A stretch of DNA of 64,000 nucleotides, taken from assembly GCA_022813965.1 (NCBI GenBank), contig JALDZS010000021.1, forward strand, positions 62,001-126,000. Reading direction: 5' to 3'. The notes beneath the pieces are model-generated. The model was given only the letters and a program-made list of their open reading frames with translations. It did not search any database and was not told the origin of the DNA. Position numbers and translations under genes: made by a program. This document shows positions 23,975 through 36,459 of this stretch, piece by piece. The stretch is from Toensbergia leucococca. Lineage: Eukaryota. Position 1 is the first letter of the stretch. Every line of letters starts with the position of its first letter.

Positions 23975-25549
23975 AACAGTCAAGATTGGCGCACAGACCT
24001 GTAGAATAGCTCCACATGTCCCTCCCAAAATACTCGCAGGTTTTCTTTGTTTTTGGTCTCTTTCCTGTGTTGCTGGATTGCTACGTCTCTTAGGTTGTCA
24101 TTTTTACAGCGAAGTCTGAAGCTCAGCATATTAGCCATTGCTTTCGTATCATTAAACTTGTATCCGCATCTAGATTTGTTCAATATTTTGATAAAGTCAA
24201 TGTTACTCAGGCTCTATCTAACGCGTGCCACTTACTACGTAAATCTGCTGGTGTTGATGTATCTCTACAGCCCAAGGGGGCGGTACAGTCAGTGCCTACA
24301 GTTTTCATTATACTTTTTGTTTCTCATTTCGCCCTTTCTCCCGTTCTAGAATGCCTCCCTTGTTCTAGCGGGTTGCCTTATTCGGTGGTTGCCTTAAAAA
24401 CAAAGAATTTGGGGGCCTAAGTTACAATTGTCCTTTCGCACGTAGCAACTTGAGAGCTCGACCACTTGTTACTGGCTTCCTTGTTGATTGCCGTCAATCT
24501 CGGATTTTTGGGCTCCAGCGTCACTCACCGTACCGTCGATTCGCTATCAACCCAAGTCTCATTCCCTCCCCGGCAGAGCGGCTATGCATGCATCTGGTTG
24601 CCTTAAGCAACTCCCTCGTGTTCTCGACAAGAATCGATAGGCTGTTCCTCAAGAAGGATCTCCAATGCAATCTCCCTATTCGACTTGGGACATTAGGACC
24701 GCATACGAAAATGATCACCTGATTTCAAATCACCAATCAAACTGGCTTTAGGACGCCCTCTGTTGGGAAAATGGCACACCGTTTTCTGTTAAAGTCTAAT
24801 ATGCATAACTGTCGACGTATTCTACGCGGTGCCAATTACCAGAACCTGATTTTTCGGATAAAACGACTGACGCCACAGAGCAACACAATCTAGAGTCTGG
24901 ACAAGGGACAGACAACTTGGTCATTTCAGGAAACCTCCATATATTCTATTGGAGATATGAAGTCGGCTCCGAGGCGGAGCGGGTCTTTGAGAGCCAGGTA
25001 CTGGTCCAATCTCTGGACAGAGTTCCTCTACTCTCAGGAATCGAGTCATCTTGATTCCTCAACACCCTGAAGCCCTGAAATACCACGTCCGTGCCGGCTT
25101 CCTCCGAAGTTGAGAACTACTATGAAATCTATATGGCCTGAGTTCAGGGCTTAGCTATTACGCTCCATCCAATAGTGAGTTTCTGAGTCACAAGGAGCAT
25201 AAATTGGAGTCCGGGTGCTCACGGAGTTATCGACAACTGTCGTGCTCTGTTGTTGCACTAGTAAGATCTCTTATAAGTTCTGAAAGCCCCTTTATGCCTT
25301 AAGTGAGGCGTTTGAATAGCTTCAATTTGACTTTCCCCAAGGCAAAGAACACAGAGGTAGATACCTTACCGTACGCATAGCCATGTAAGATCTCAATACT
25401 TTATGAACTCACTCATGCCTCCAAACCTGCTCTCTCACCGTTCATAGTGGCTCTCCCTTTCCTCACCAAGCAATCCAACGTCTTTTCCAATATTCGATCG
25501 ATTCTCGACTCGACTCTTGAAGCAGAATTCCAAAGTCTCCTCCTCTCCC

Positions 25550-26103
25550 ATGTCTAACACGTGGTATTGCGGTGGATGTAAATGGGGACCAATGTCTATC
25601 ACCCTCGATCAATACTGTGTTTCCTGCCTTCGACGTAGAGATGCATCGGCCACTTATGAACAACAATCCATATCTGGTCGCTCACAGCTGTCTTCGCGTC
25701 CGGAGAATTCTGCACGTCCACAAGGATCGACCCGCTCTATTACATCTACACGGTCTAATGTCACGACCCCAGCTACCTACCGCCCATCTTCAAGTATGAA
25801 CTTCTCAACAGGTCTTGGCAATCCTCAAGCTAATACAAATTAGATTTCTCGTCAGCTAGTCTCTCCTATGCACCCAACTCCCGCCCGAGCACCAGCAACA
25901 GCAGAAATCGACCCAATGAGTATGGTTTATCTTCAAGTCGGGGGAGCTCAGGGAACACATACAGCCCGTCAAGCCGTGGTCCTGTTCGCCACACACGGTG
26001 GTTCTGTTGCGCGTGTAAAGACGGACCAAAGAGTATTAGCATGCAGCCCGCATGCATCAATGATTCTCATATTCGTTGCTCCATCTGTGAAACGATCCCT
26101 TGA
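25550..26103 (+). CDS. Small protein (167 aa) with Cys motifs at both termini (gene C)
   Basis: Exon 1 25550-25793, intron GTATGA..GCTAAT..TAG 25794-25843, exon 2 25844-26103 open in the spliced frame. N-terminal WYCGGCKWGPMSITLDQYCVSCLRRRD; C-terminal WFCCACKDGPKSISMQPACINDSHIRCSIC. Confidence 0.78.
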
Positions 26104-28444
26104 GTGTTGAGGAATGGGTTAATCGCTGAGAAATCAAAGTGAGTCATCAATCCCCATCTACAGATACCTTGCTTATACACATGTTATGCAGCCCATAATA
26201 CAGATATCGACAGTCACCTTAAGAGCCTCGTCCAGTCGAGACCATATTGAAACTTGTCCCTCCGATTGATATGCTTTGCATCTAGTGCGTAGGGAGCAGG
26301 CTTTTTTCCCTGTTTCTTTTTCTTTTGAGTTCACCACGTTTAACGGCCTTTCGCATTTACACAGCACGTACCAATACCCTATAAATCGACATCTTTCGGA
26401 GGCATGGCGTTCGCATCAAGTCAATTCTTTTTATCAACCCAATCAGGCTCAACCTGGATTTCAGCACCTTTCGCTACTTCTATGCTTGTCTTTTTCCTCT
26501 TGATTTTCATGTGCGCTCGAATGTACAATAGAATTCTCAATCAGTCACGGCATTGAATGATTTGCCGGTTTCGTGATCAGTTGCAGCACCTAGCATCGCC
26601 CCAAACGGTGAGAAAAACCAAAATAGCACTGCCCAAAACAACGAAGCTTTAAAAGAAAGAACCTGAGTCATAAACATGGCCTGACAATGACGGAGACGCC
26701 CGAAGAATCTGAGGGCAGAAGATGAGTCATGCCTTATAAAATCAGGCAAACGTTTCGTTTGCCTAGGGCAGTAAAGTAGCAAGTACAAATTCCGCAAAGC
26801 ACAACGCAGCCTAACTGCCACCGCTCTGTCGCCCGTAAAGTCGCGTGTCTTCCTCCCCTGCCCTGGCCAAAAGGTTAATATTGCCTCGTTACTCCGCGAT
26901 GTGAAGTGAGCCTTGGGCTTCCCCTTGCCAAGGAAAGATTTCATCGAAACAGAACCCCCTGCTCCGCCCTTTTGTGCCAACTGTGTGTGCCCAGTTACGT
27001 GTCATGTGGCCTTGATAATTCCTTGGACTATTTTTGCCTTGTTCGCTGGTTTGTGAGGGTTTTAAAGGGCGATAGGTGCGGTGATGGGGCTTGAGAGGAA
27101 AGGGGATAGGGGCGCCGTCATCACGTTGAATTTTATACTTTATTAAGGTATCTGTAGGGCGTTGGATAGCGGTGGCTTTACGAGCTAGAATAGGTAGTGC
27201 CCGTGTGCCGAACTTGTGGCGCAGGGCTCGTATCCTAGGCTGACGACACGTGATTACTGATGAGGTACTCGTATCGAGCCTCATGCTCTGTATCAATTCT
27301 TTCCATCGTCGCTGTTCTCCCCGGTCTTTTCCATTCTTTGACCCCATCTTTACAGTTCAAGATCAAATATTCTACCAAATGACTGAAGATTCTTCCCTCA
27401 ATACAGAAATGGTCTTGGGAGATGAAATCGCGAACACTATTCTGTAGGTGGCTGACCTGCTCTGAATCCTTGAATGTGCGAAACTGTCTTCATCTGAGAA
27501 ATTTTCTAGAGTTCTTCTTGATAACACAGTGTACCGATATAAGCTGATGTATTTGTCATTCAAATGAAAGTCTCATAATAACACATATCTTCATGGAATA
27601 GTATCTCAGAGTACAAGCTATGTAGGTAGGTAAGGAATTCATGAATACGTGTACTAAAGTCTATCACGTTCCACTCTTTCTCTCCTTTCCTCATAGCTTT
27701 TCTCAAGTACATTTCCTGAACTGATTTACCCACTACACTCCAACATATTTGCATTGCCAGCATACGATCCGCTCCCTTAAGACAACCTCCATGAGAAGCC
27801 TGAAAAGTGTCTCACTACCTACTCTTCACGAACGTCAGCCACAAACTCTCACCAGTAAATTTGTCAATTCTCAGCATAGACTATCATCTAGCGGCCTATG
27901 AATCCGAATGATCTCATTTATGTTGGAGATTACCATGGTGCCCTGTCTCTCCTGCGTAGTGATAAGCTTTCCTCTATGCTCCATATGTCTTGTCGGTTGA
28001 ATTAAAACTTTGCTGAGTATCTTTTTTGAAATATACTATTGTCAACAACACGCTCGAGAACCCGTTAGAGTCATTTATCGCGGAGCTCGAACGATACCAT
28101 GAGAAACAGAAAGCAGTTACTAGCTTGCTATTCGTCCTGTTAGTGTCATTCGCCATTAGACTCAAGCGTGTCTTCAGATCGCCGGCCTGTTCTTGCTGGA
28201 ACAGAATACATAGCGGGAGGAGCTACCATGTCAGGCGGCAAGGTGGGATGGTATTGAGAGTGTAGGAGTGAGCAAGATGGTGGTATGTCTCGGACCTCCA
28301 AGTCACATCTACATAGGGTTACAAATTTGGGCTGACAACTAAACAAGGAATTGCCTGGCACTCGCCATTCAATTAACATTGAGTGGCATTTATCAAGTGC
28401 CCTGACCTATTCATATTCTTATTCTTTCTTCGTTATTTTATCAA

Positions 28445-29521
28445 CTATCTCCCCTCTAGCATGTTTTGTATCCCCTTCCTGAAGTCCTCACATTGAGCTA
28501 CGAAACCCCAGGTCCTTTCGCAGTTGAACTCCACACATTGACTTGCAAAATCTGGGCTCGTTGTACCGCATGCATCCTTGAGAAGCACACAATCCCATCC
28601 CTTCGTGAATGCGTCTTGCAGACTTCCTCCCACGCACTGATCAGTATTGACTCCGGCAAATAAAAGAGTTTTGATGCCTTCTCGTTCCAAAAATTCGGTG
28701 CACGGTGTGCTGCTTCCCCATAAGCCCGACATGCGATTTTTATGGATCCAGATATCGGGAAGGTGTGACATGGCTTTGCCTTCTTGGTAGGCTGCATCCA
28801 AAGTGGGTGGTAAGGCAGCATTCCAAGTATCACGCATTAGCAGTCTGCCACCATCAATGGTGGAGCCATCATCCAACTTTACGGAACCTATTTCGCTACC
28901 TAGGCCTTTATATATTCTTTTCGACTTTCCGTTTTCGGTCAGCTCATTGTGCTCTGGTAGAGAATTCTCACCCTTCGTGATTTCCTCTGCAGCTGCTTGA
29001 TTTACACCGTGAGCATCAATAACTGGGATAGCTTTGTCTTCGGCTTCCTTCTTCAGTGCAGCTTCGAAGCCAAAAGCGCGGCGGGTGCTAGGAGGCATTT
29101 GCTCAACCTCGCTGTCCGTAAGACCCCAATTCAACCATATTATTTGGACGTTTCCTTTACGTGCTGCAGGAATTGCTGTCGATAAGAGACATCGCCCAGC
29201 TTTGTTGCCTGCCCCATCGGCAGGACGACCTAGAGATGCCGAGAGAAAGAAATTCTGCATGTCGATGATCACTAAGGCCGTTTTGGAAGGGTCGATTATG
29301 ATTGGGGTGGTGGATGTCGCGAGTGATATAGAGCGACTAGGGGACGGAAGGGGAAAGTCGGGAGGGGATGGGCGCGTGAGATCAAATGTTGGGGGCGAAA
29401 GTGAATAAAGCCAATGGTTAGGAGGCTTGCCCACGAGAGCACGAGAAGGAGAAGGCTTGGTGGTCTCATCTACATCCTCTGCAGGAGCTGTAGGGTCTGG
29501 ATCAAAGGTTGAGGGGGCCAT
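28445..29521 (-). CDS. Isochorismatase-family (cysteine hydrolase) protein
   Basis: Intronless. KTALVIIDMQNFF (Asp), IHKNRMSG (Lys) and AGVNTDQCV (Cys) triad motifs. Confidence 0.9.
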   Translation of the reverse strand: MAPSTFDPDPTAPAEDVDETTKPSPSRALVGKPPNHWLYSLSPPTFDLTRPSPPDFPLPSPSRSISLATSTTPIIIDPSKTALVIIDMQNFFLSASLGRPADGAGNKAGRCLLSTAIPAARKGNVQIIWLNWGLTDSEVEQMPPSTRRAFGFEAALKKEAEDKAIPVIDAHGVNQAAAEEITKGENSLPEHNELTENGKSKRIYKGLGSEIGSVKLDDGSTIDGGRLLMRDTWNAALPPTLDAAYQEGKAMSHLPDIWIHKNRMSGLWGSSTPCTEFLEREGIKTLLFAGVNTDQCVGGSLQDAFTKGWDCVLLKDACGTTSPDFASQCVEFNCERTWGFVAQCEDFRKGIQNMLEGR

Positions 29522-30358
29522 TGTTGGAGTAGGGAACACCCAGCGATAGTAGCAAATACCGTGGGGGAGGAAAAAGCCAAGATCTGGTCAAACAAAAGAG
29601 GGAAGAAATTCAAAAGGCAATGTTCTCTCTATCAATACCCCGCAGTTCGATAAGAAGCACTGAAGTTGAAGGCCACGATAGGCAGGTCTACTGCCATGCC
29701 AAAACAACGATATCTCAACAATCATAAAGTAGCTATCCGTACGTCATTGAGTTTGGAAAGAACGACGAAGTATTTGGAGAATCGATGTACTAGGTAGTAA
29801 GGCATGATAGGAATCGATCTGCATTAGCCAGCACACGGTTCTCTCAATGGCGGGCGTGTATGAGTACCTAGTTGGCAAAGCGTATACGAAGCTTTCACCT
29901 CAAGAGGCATGTGTATGGATTTACCTTGATACGTTATTGTAGAGTCCGGCGAGCTTGACCTCAAGCGGCACCATTCACGCTTCTCTGGGTGATTGATTCG
30001 GTCGAGGAACACGCGAGCAAATCCAGACAAGTTTAGTCTTGGAATTTCCCCCACATTTCTTTCATCACCAGGTACGTATTTTGAATACTCCAGATCCATC
30101 TTGCGCCTCTCTAATAAAGACACCTACAGCTTGCAAACCTTGTATAAAACCTTCCTAGACTGCAAGTATTAAATTGCTGCAAGGCCAAAAGTCTACAAAA
30201 TATTCTCACTCCAATATAATCGTCTTTTCACAGAGTAAGCAACAAAATCCACACAGTCTCTAGAACAACCTCAACTCAATGCCTCGAAGCTGGGAATAAT
30301 TCTGCCCATATATGCTGATTGTCAGTTGTACTAGGTCAATTCACACCCGAGAACCACA

Positions 30359-33213
30359 ATGCCAATCTCCCAAGCAAAGGTCAAAAGCGTCCTTTCGGGA
30401 GACACTCTGATTCTTACTAGCGTCAACAACCCAAATCAAGAGAGGACGCTAAGTCTGGCTTTCGTGAGCGCACCTAGAATAAGACGGGAGGGCGATGAGG
30501 TCAGTAGTAGTTCTTTCATAGGCCTTGATAAGTCCAGGCACCAGGAGTATAGTTTTCAAACTCTGTACACCTGGGTCTTATGCGCGTTGTTGAGACAAGG
30601 TTACTTGGAAAGCCCTATGCTGACGATTCGCCGTCACAGCCCTTTGCATTCGCATCTAGAGACTTCCTTCGTCGTATGGTGGTGGGTAAAGTAATACAAT
30701 TTCAAGTCCTGTACAATATTCCTACCGGAGTAAAGAGAGATTATGGGACTGTCGTTCTGCAGAGTGGTCAAACCCTGCCGGAAGCCGCTGTTACAGATGG
30801 GTGGGTGAAGCTTAGAGATGATGCTAGCCGCAAAGATGACTCGGAAACATCAAAAGCTCTCTTGGAAAAATTAGAGCTCCAAGAAGCAAAGGCAAAGGCA
30901 GACTCGAAAGGACTATGGGCTGCGGAGGGGGGCAAGCTGGATACCTCCTACGAAATTACCGACGCGAAAGAGTTCTCCGAGAAGTGGAAGGATACAAGCT
31001 TGGATGCCATTATCGAGCGAGTTCTGAGCGGTGATCGTATGATCGGTCGATTGTTCCTATCACCTACCAAACATGTGCAGACAATGTTACTAGTAGCAGG
31101 CATACGCACGCCAACGACAAAGCGGACCAACCCTTCAGATGGCAAAGAGCAAGCTGCTGAGCCTTATGGCGAAGAATCTCATCAATTTGTAGAGACAAGA
31201 TTGCTACAGCGGAATGTGAAAGTTGATGTTCTAGGCGTGAATCCGCAAAACCAATTGGTATGCGCGGTGAAGCACCCGAATGGCAGCATTGCAGAGTTTT
31301 TGCTCAAAGCTGGACTTGCACGATGTACCGATTTTCACTCCACCATGCTTGGTGGCGATATGGCTGTTCTTCGAAAAGCGGAGAAGTACGCTAAAGATAA
31401 CAAGATCGGCATGTTTAAAGGTCACGTTACGACGAAGGGATCTGTTTCTGGTGATGTAGAAGCTATTGTCACAAGAGTTCAGACTGCCGACACGATCTAT
31501 CTGCGGAACAAGTCAGGTGGAGAAAAGCGTGTCAGCTTGAGCAGTATTCGACAACCTAAGCCGACAGATCCAAAGCAGTCGCCTTTTCAAGCTGAAGCAA
31601 AGGAGTTCTTGAGAAAAAAGTTGATTGGAAAACATGTACGAGCAACTGTCGATGGCAAGAAGGCGGCTTCAGACGGCTATGAGGAGCGAGAAGTGGCCAC
31701 AATTACTCACAACGATAAGAACATTGCTCTACTCTTGGTGGAGGCTGGTTATGCTTCTGTGATTCGGCACCGACGAGATGATGGTAATCTTCTTCGCCGT
31801 GAAACATCAATATGCAAGCTAACGTGATGGGCAGACGATCGTAGCCCATACTACGACGAACTTCTCGCAGCAGAGGAGGCTGCACAAAAGGATCAAAAAG
31901 GAATGTGGTCACCAAAGCCTCCCGCTATCAAGACCTATCAAGACCACTCGGAGAATCTACAAAAGGCAAAAATCCAATCGTCGGTACTTCAACGACAAAA
32001 GAAAATTCCCGCAGTTGTAGACTTTGTGAAGTCTGGGTCTCGGTTCACTGTCCTCATCCCACGAGAAAACGCCAAACTCACGTTCGTTCTGTCTGGCATT
32101 CGCGCTCCACGCTCAGCACGTAATCCTACCGAACAGGCCGAACCTTTTGGTCAAGAAGCCCAGGACTTTGCCAATCGACGGTGTATGCAGCGCGATGTAG
32201 AAATCGACGTTGAAAACACCGACAAGGTCGGCGGCTTCATTGGCACACTCTATATTAATCGTGAAAACTTCGCCAAGCTTCTTGTTGAAGAAGGCTTAGC
32301 AAGCGTTCATGCGTACTCAGCGGAACAATCTGGCAACGCTAACGAATTGTTTGCTGCAGAGAAGAAAGCGAAAGAAGCGCATAAAGGCATGTGGCATGAT
32401 TGGGATCCTAGTAAAGATCAGGTGGAAGAGGAGGCATCAGATGAACCCTTGAGCAATACTGCTAACGGCAACACCAATGGTGATACCGTCTCAAAACTCC
32501 GACCAAAAGACTATCGGGATGTCGTAGTGACCCACATCGAACCGACCTGTCGCCTTAAGCTTCAACAGGTCGGCACCGGCACATCCGCTCTCACTGAACT
32601 CATGTCTTCGTTCCGCACGTTCCACCTAAATAAATCAAACTCTGCTCCACTGCCCGGCCCTCCGAAAGCTGGCGATCTTGTCGCGGCCCAGTTCACAGAA
32701 GATGGCGAATGGTACCGGGCCAAGATCCGGCGTAATGACCGCGAGGCGAAGAATGCCGACGTCCTCTATATTGACTACGGCAACTCTGAATCTCTTTCTT
32801 GGACGCGCCTCCGTCCCCTTACGCAACCGCAATTCTCATTGCAAAAGCTTAAACCTCAGGCCCTTGAAGCCGTTCTCTCCCTCCTGCAATTTCCGTCGTC
32901 TCCCGAGTACCTGGCTGACGCCACCGAATATCTGGGCCGAGTGACAGCTGAAAAGGAGCTAGTTGCCAACGTGGATTTTGTGGCACCAGAAGGGACTTTA
33001 TATATCACACTGTTTGACCCCAAATTGAGTGGAAGCGAGAGTCAGAGTTTCAATGCAGATTTAGTTGGGGAGGGACTAGCGATGGCGGGAAGGAAATTAA
33101 AGGGTTGGGAGAGAAGTCGAGGAGATTTGGTGGAAATTTTGAAAGGGAGGGAAGAAGTGGCAAAAGGGGAGAGAAAGGGTATGTGGGAATATGGAGATTT
33201 GACAGAGGATTAG
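30359..33213 (+). CDS. SND1: Tudor staphylococcal nuclease (Tudor-SN/p100)
   Basis: Three exons. VKSVLSGDT, four SNase repeats, Tudor domain (DGEWYRAKI..YIDYGNSE), C-terminal GMWEYGD. Confidence 0.95.
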
Positions 33214-33751
33214 CTAGTACAAACAGAACGTCGGTCCGACGAAGGTACCCTGTCGGGTGATTGAATTACTGATTCGGCTTTGCGAGGGCACGAAGGGTCT
33301 AGTACGTTGGCTTGGGTAACCTGCTCAAGCATGTTGCATGGCGGAGTGGCATATTGCTCTAGGTTGGAAAAGTCTTAATTACTAGCTCTTAATCCTTTCA
33401 ACCTTTCAGGAAATCTGTGAGACTTTGTCTGAACCAGGATACTGGTGAAGTCATTCTAGAGGGCGAGGCACACACCGCACTTATTGACTTCTTAGTGGAT
33501 TTAGGGCAAGGTCAAGTGTATAAATGTGAAGCTACTCCTCAGGATGATTCCTAATCCGTCCCGATGAGAATGTGTCAATTCACAAGATCGATTGGCCAGC
33601 TTATCCGTCCAATGACTGTCACCAGTCTATCTATCCGCCTCTCTCCGTCACTTTATGAGTGGGGTTGTGCCACTACTGACAAGAAAACTCAACAACAACC
33701 CCTCGATATTACCAACACACAATTGAATTGAATTTCTCACCAACAAACAAC

Positions 33752-35105
33752 ATGACAAGCTCATTGGAACAGCTCAAGGCTGCAGGCACGGTATCTTTGC
33801 CTCCCTAATCAAGCAAATTGCCCTTCTTACGACAGCATGGCAGCGACTAATCATTATATGCGTTGACAGACTGTGGTCTGTGACTCTGGCGATTTCGCGA
33901 GTATGTACTTCAACATGCACATGAAGTTTCATTTTCCTCGAGCTTTACTCGTTGTATGATTGACTAGCGGGTTGTTAATATCTGACATCTACAAAGCTAT
34001 CAGCAAATACAAACCTCAAGATGCCACCACAAACCCTTCCTTGATCTTAGCTGCATCGAAGAAGCCTGAGTATGCCAAGCTTATCGACGATGCCGTCGAG
34101 TACGGGAAAACAAAAGTTAGCAATAAAACAAGTCCTCTCCGAAAGCTTGATCGTCGGACTGGATTGAGTCCAGGAGTTCTTTTGAAGAAACTAACCTAAG
34201 GCTTAGGGAAAAGATATGGACTCAAAGGTTGATGCTACGTTGGACCGCCTTCTTGTTGAGTTCGGAAAAGAAATCTTGAAAATTGTTCCTGGAAAGGTGT
34301 CGACGGAAGTCGACGCTCGATTTTCGTTCGATACCAAAGCATCCGTCGACAAAGCACTGCACATTATTGAAGTATGTCAACATTGCGGAGGGTCAATGCA
34401 TAAATGCTGACCTGCAAACAGCTATACAAAGCCCTTGGAATTGGCAAAGAGCGAATTCTAATCAAGATTGCCTCGACATGGGAGGGAATTAAAGCGGCTC
34501 ATATCCTACAATCAGAATACGACATCAATTGCAACTTGACCCTTATGTTCTCCCTCGTTCAAGCTATTGCTGGTGCCGAAGCCGGTGCTTTTCTCATCTC
34601 CCCTTTTGTTGGGCGCATCATGGACTGGTACAAAGCCGCAATGAAAAAGGACTTTGCTCCTCATGAGGATCCCGGTGTCAAGAGTGTGCAGAGCATCTTC
34701 AACTATTACAAGAAGTATGGCTACAAGACCATCGTGATGGGTGCGAGTTTCCGGAACATCGGCGAGATTACAGAATTGGCTGGATGTGACTATCTAACCA
34801 TCTCGGTATGTGGCTCACTACAACTTACTATTTCGTGAAAACGCCAATAACAATTTGGAATACAGCCTAACCTCCTCGAAGACCTTTTCAACTCAGAGGA
34901 CAAGGTGCCCCAGAAGCTCAATGCTAAGGACGCCACGAGCCTGGATATCAAGAAGCGCGAATATCTCAACGACGAGGCTCTGTTCCGCTTCGACTTCAAC
35001 GAGGAAGCCATGGCCGTTGAGAAACTTCGAGAGGGTATCTCGAAGTTTGCTGCAGATGCTGTTACGCTCAAGGGCATCCTTCAGGAGAAGCTCGAGAAGG
35101 TATAA
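33752..35105 (+). CDS. TAL1: Transaldolase
   Basis: Six exons. [77 protein letters not shown]. Confidence 0.96.
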
Positions 35106-36459
35106 GGTTGTCATGGGTTGGTTGATGAAGCATTAATGAAGAACGACATCTCGAGTCAAATCGAATATACCTGGAAGTGTTGCTGTGGCTTTCTTTGGTT
35201 CAATGAAATTCTCTTCCGAAATGACACCATGCAAATAGTGAAACAAAGCGTAGGTAGAATATCCCTTTTCGTGTCCTCTTTTGCGAGAACTTATGCAATT
35301 GTGCAGGCCAAAGGCCTTCTGTTCGATTTATGTTGCACTTCATTCTCCACTCCATTGGCGGTTTTCGTCATCCATCGATCCAGCCTTTTGCCAGGGATGG
35401 GCGACGCCATTGGTCGGTACTTCTATACATCTCATGAATTATATAGGGGCGACTAACGGGGCCCATCTATGGATGTCGCTATCCATGAGTGAGACTCAAT
35501 TATAATTGATAGAAATGCTCATTACTTGTATTGGTAAATCGTATAATTTCGATGTAAGCCCATCTCCAACTGTATCACTTCACCGGCGGTATCCCATATC
35601 CTGGAAGAGGGTTCCAGATCAGGGCTTAGCAACAGAACCCTCGTTGCGAGGACACGAGTTCTCCTCGGTCTCTTGCCTCCAAAATCGTCGCCGTCGCAAG
35701 CTCAATGATCCATCGGTGCTCGCATCATTGTGGTAGAGGTATCAAGGCAATCATCGCTTTCTTGTTGAATAAATTGATGACAGGAAGGGCATTGTATGAA
35801 GGTGGACAGGATGATCTGTTGGTAGGATGTAAAGATAAGGGAAAAGCGCTCGTCACACTTATTCGTAAATAGCTCGAAGCTCACCACTGAATCGTCGTTG
35901 AGTTGTCATTCAAATCACCGTCCAAACCTTGGACAGCGAGTACCACCGTCTCAGTCCTTCACTAACCATTTACTCTACTCGTAGTTCAAATCGTCACAAT
36001 CTTCATCATTCCACGATCTATTTCATACTCGGCAAACCTGCCCTCCATATGAACCCTGAAAGGGTACCTCGGTACCTATCTATGATGATGATGATGATGA
36101 AATCATATTACTGTCCCAGCGACCGTAGGTCGCTATGCAGACTCAACTATCTACTAGTTACCCTATGCCTAATGAGGTAATCTTACCCAAAGGGGTAATA
36201 TCACCTCACCGACGCCATTACTATTACTATGTAGTATTCCAGGCCTCCGGCCTAGAATTCCGGTATTTTTTCTGTATACCAAGTACCTATCTATGCCGAC
36301 TCGGCCAAGCAGACTCGCCTCACTAAGCCCTAAATGCCCCGCCTCAGCTTGAAGTCTTTTAGAATATCATCACCCTCCATGTGATACTTTATCTTCTCGA
36401 GTCCCATCTGGGGCTCGAAACCCTTTTTTTTAGACCATTACGACCATCTCGGAGATCCA

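Noticed and set aside
28228..28335. MSGGKVGWY-stop-ECRS as a possible decayed fourth Cys-motif gene
   Set aside because: Spacing does not fit and the GP and downstream Cys residues are absent.
26537..28379. Several 60-150 aa ORFs
   Set aside because: No recognisable domains or consistent splice models; treated as intergenic.
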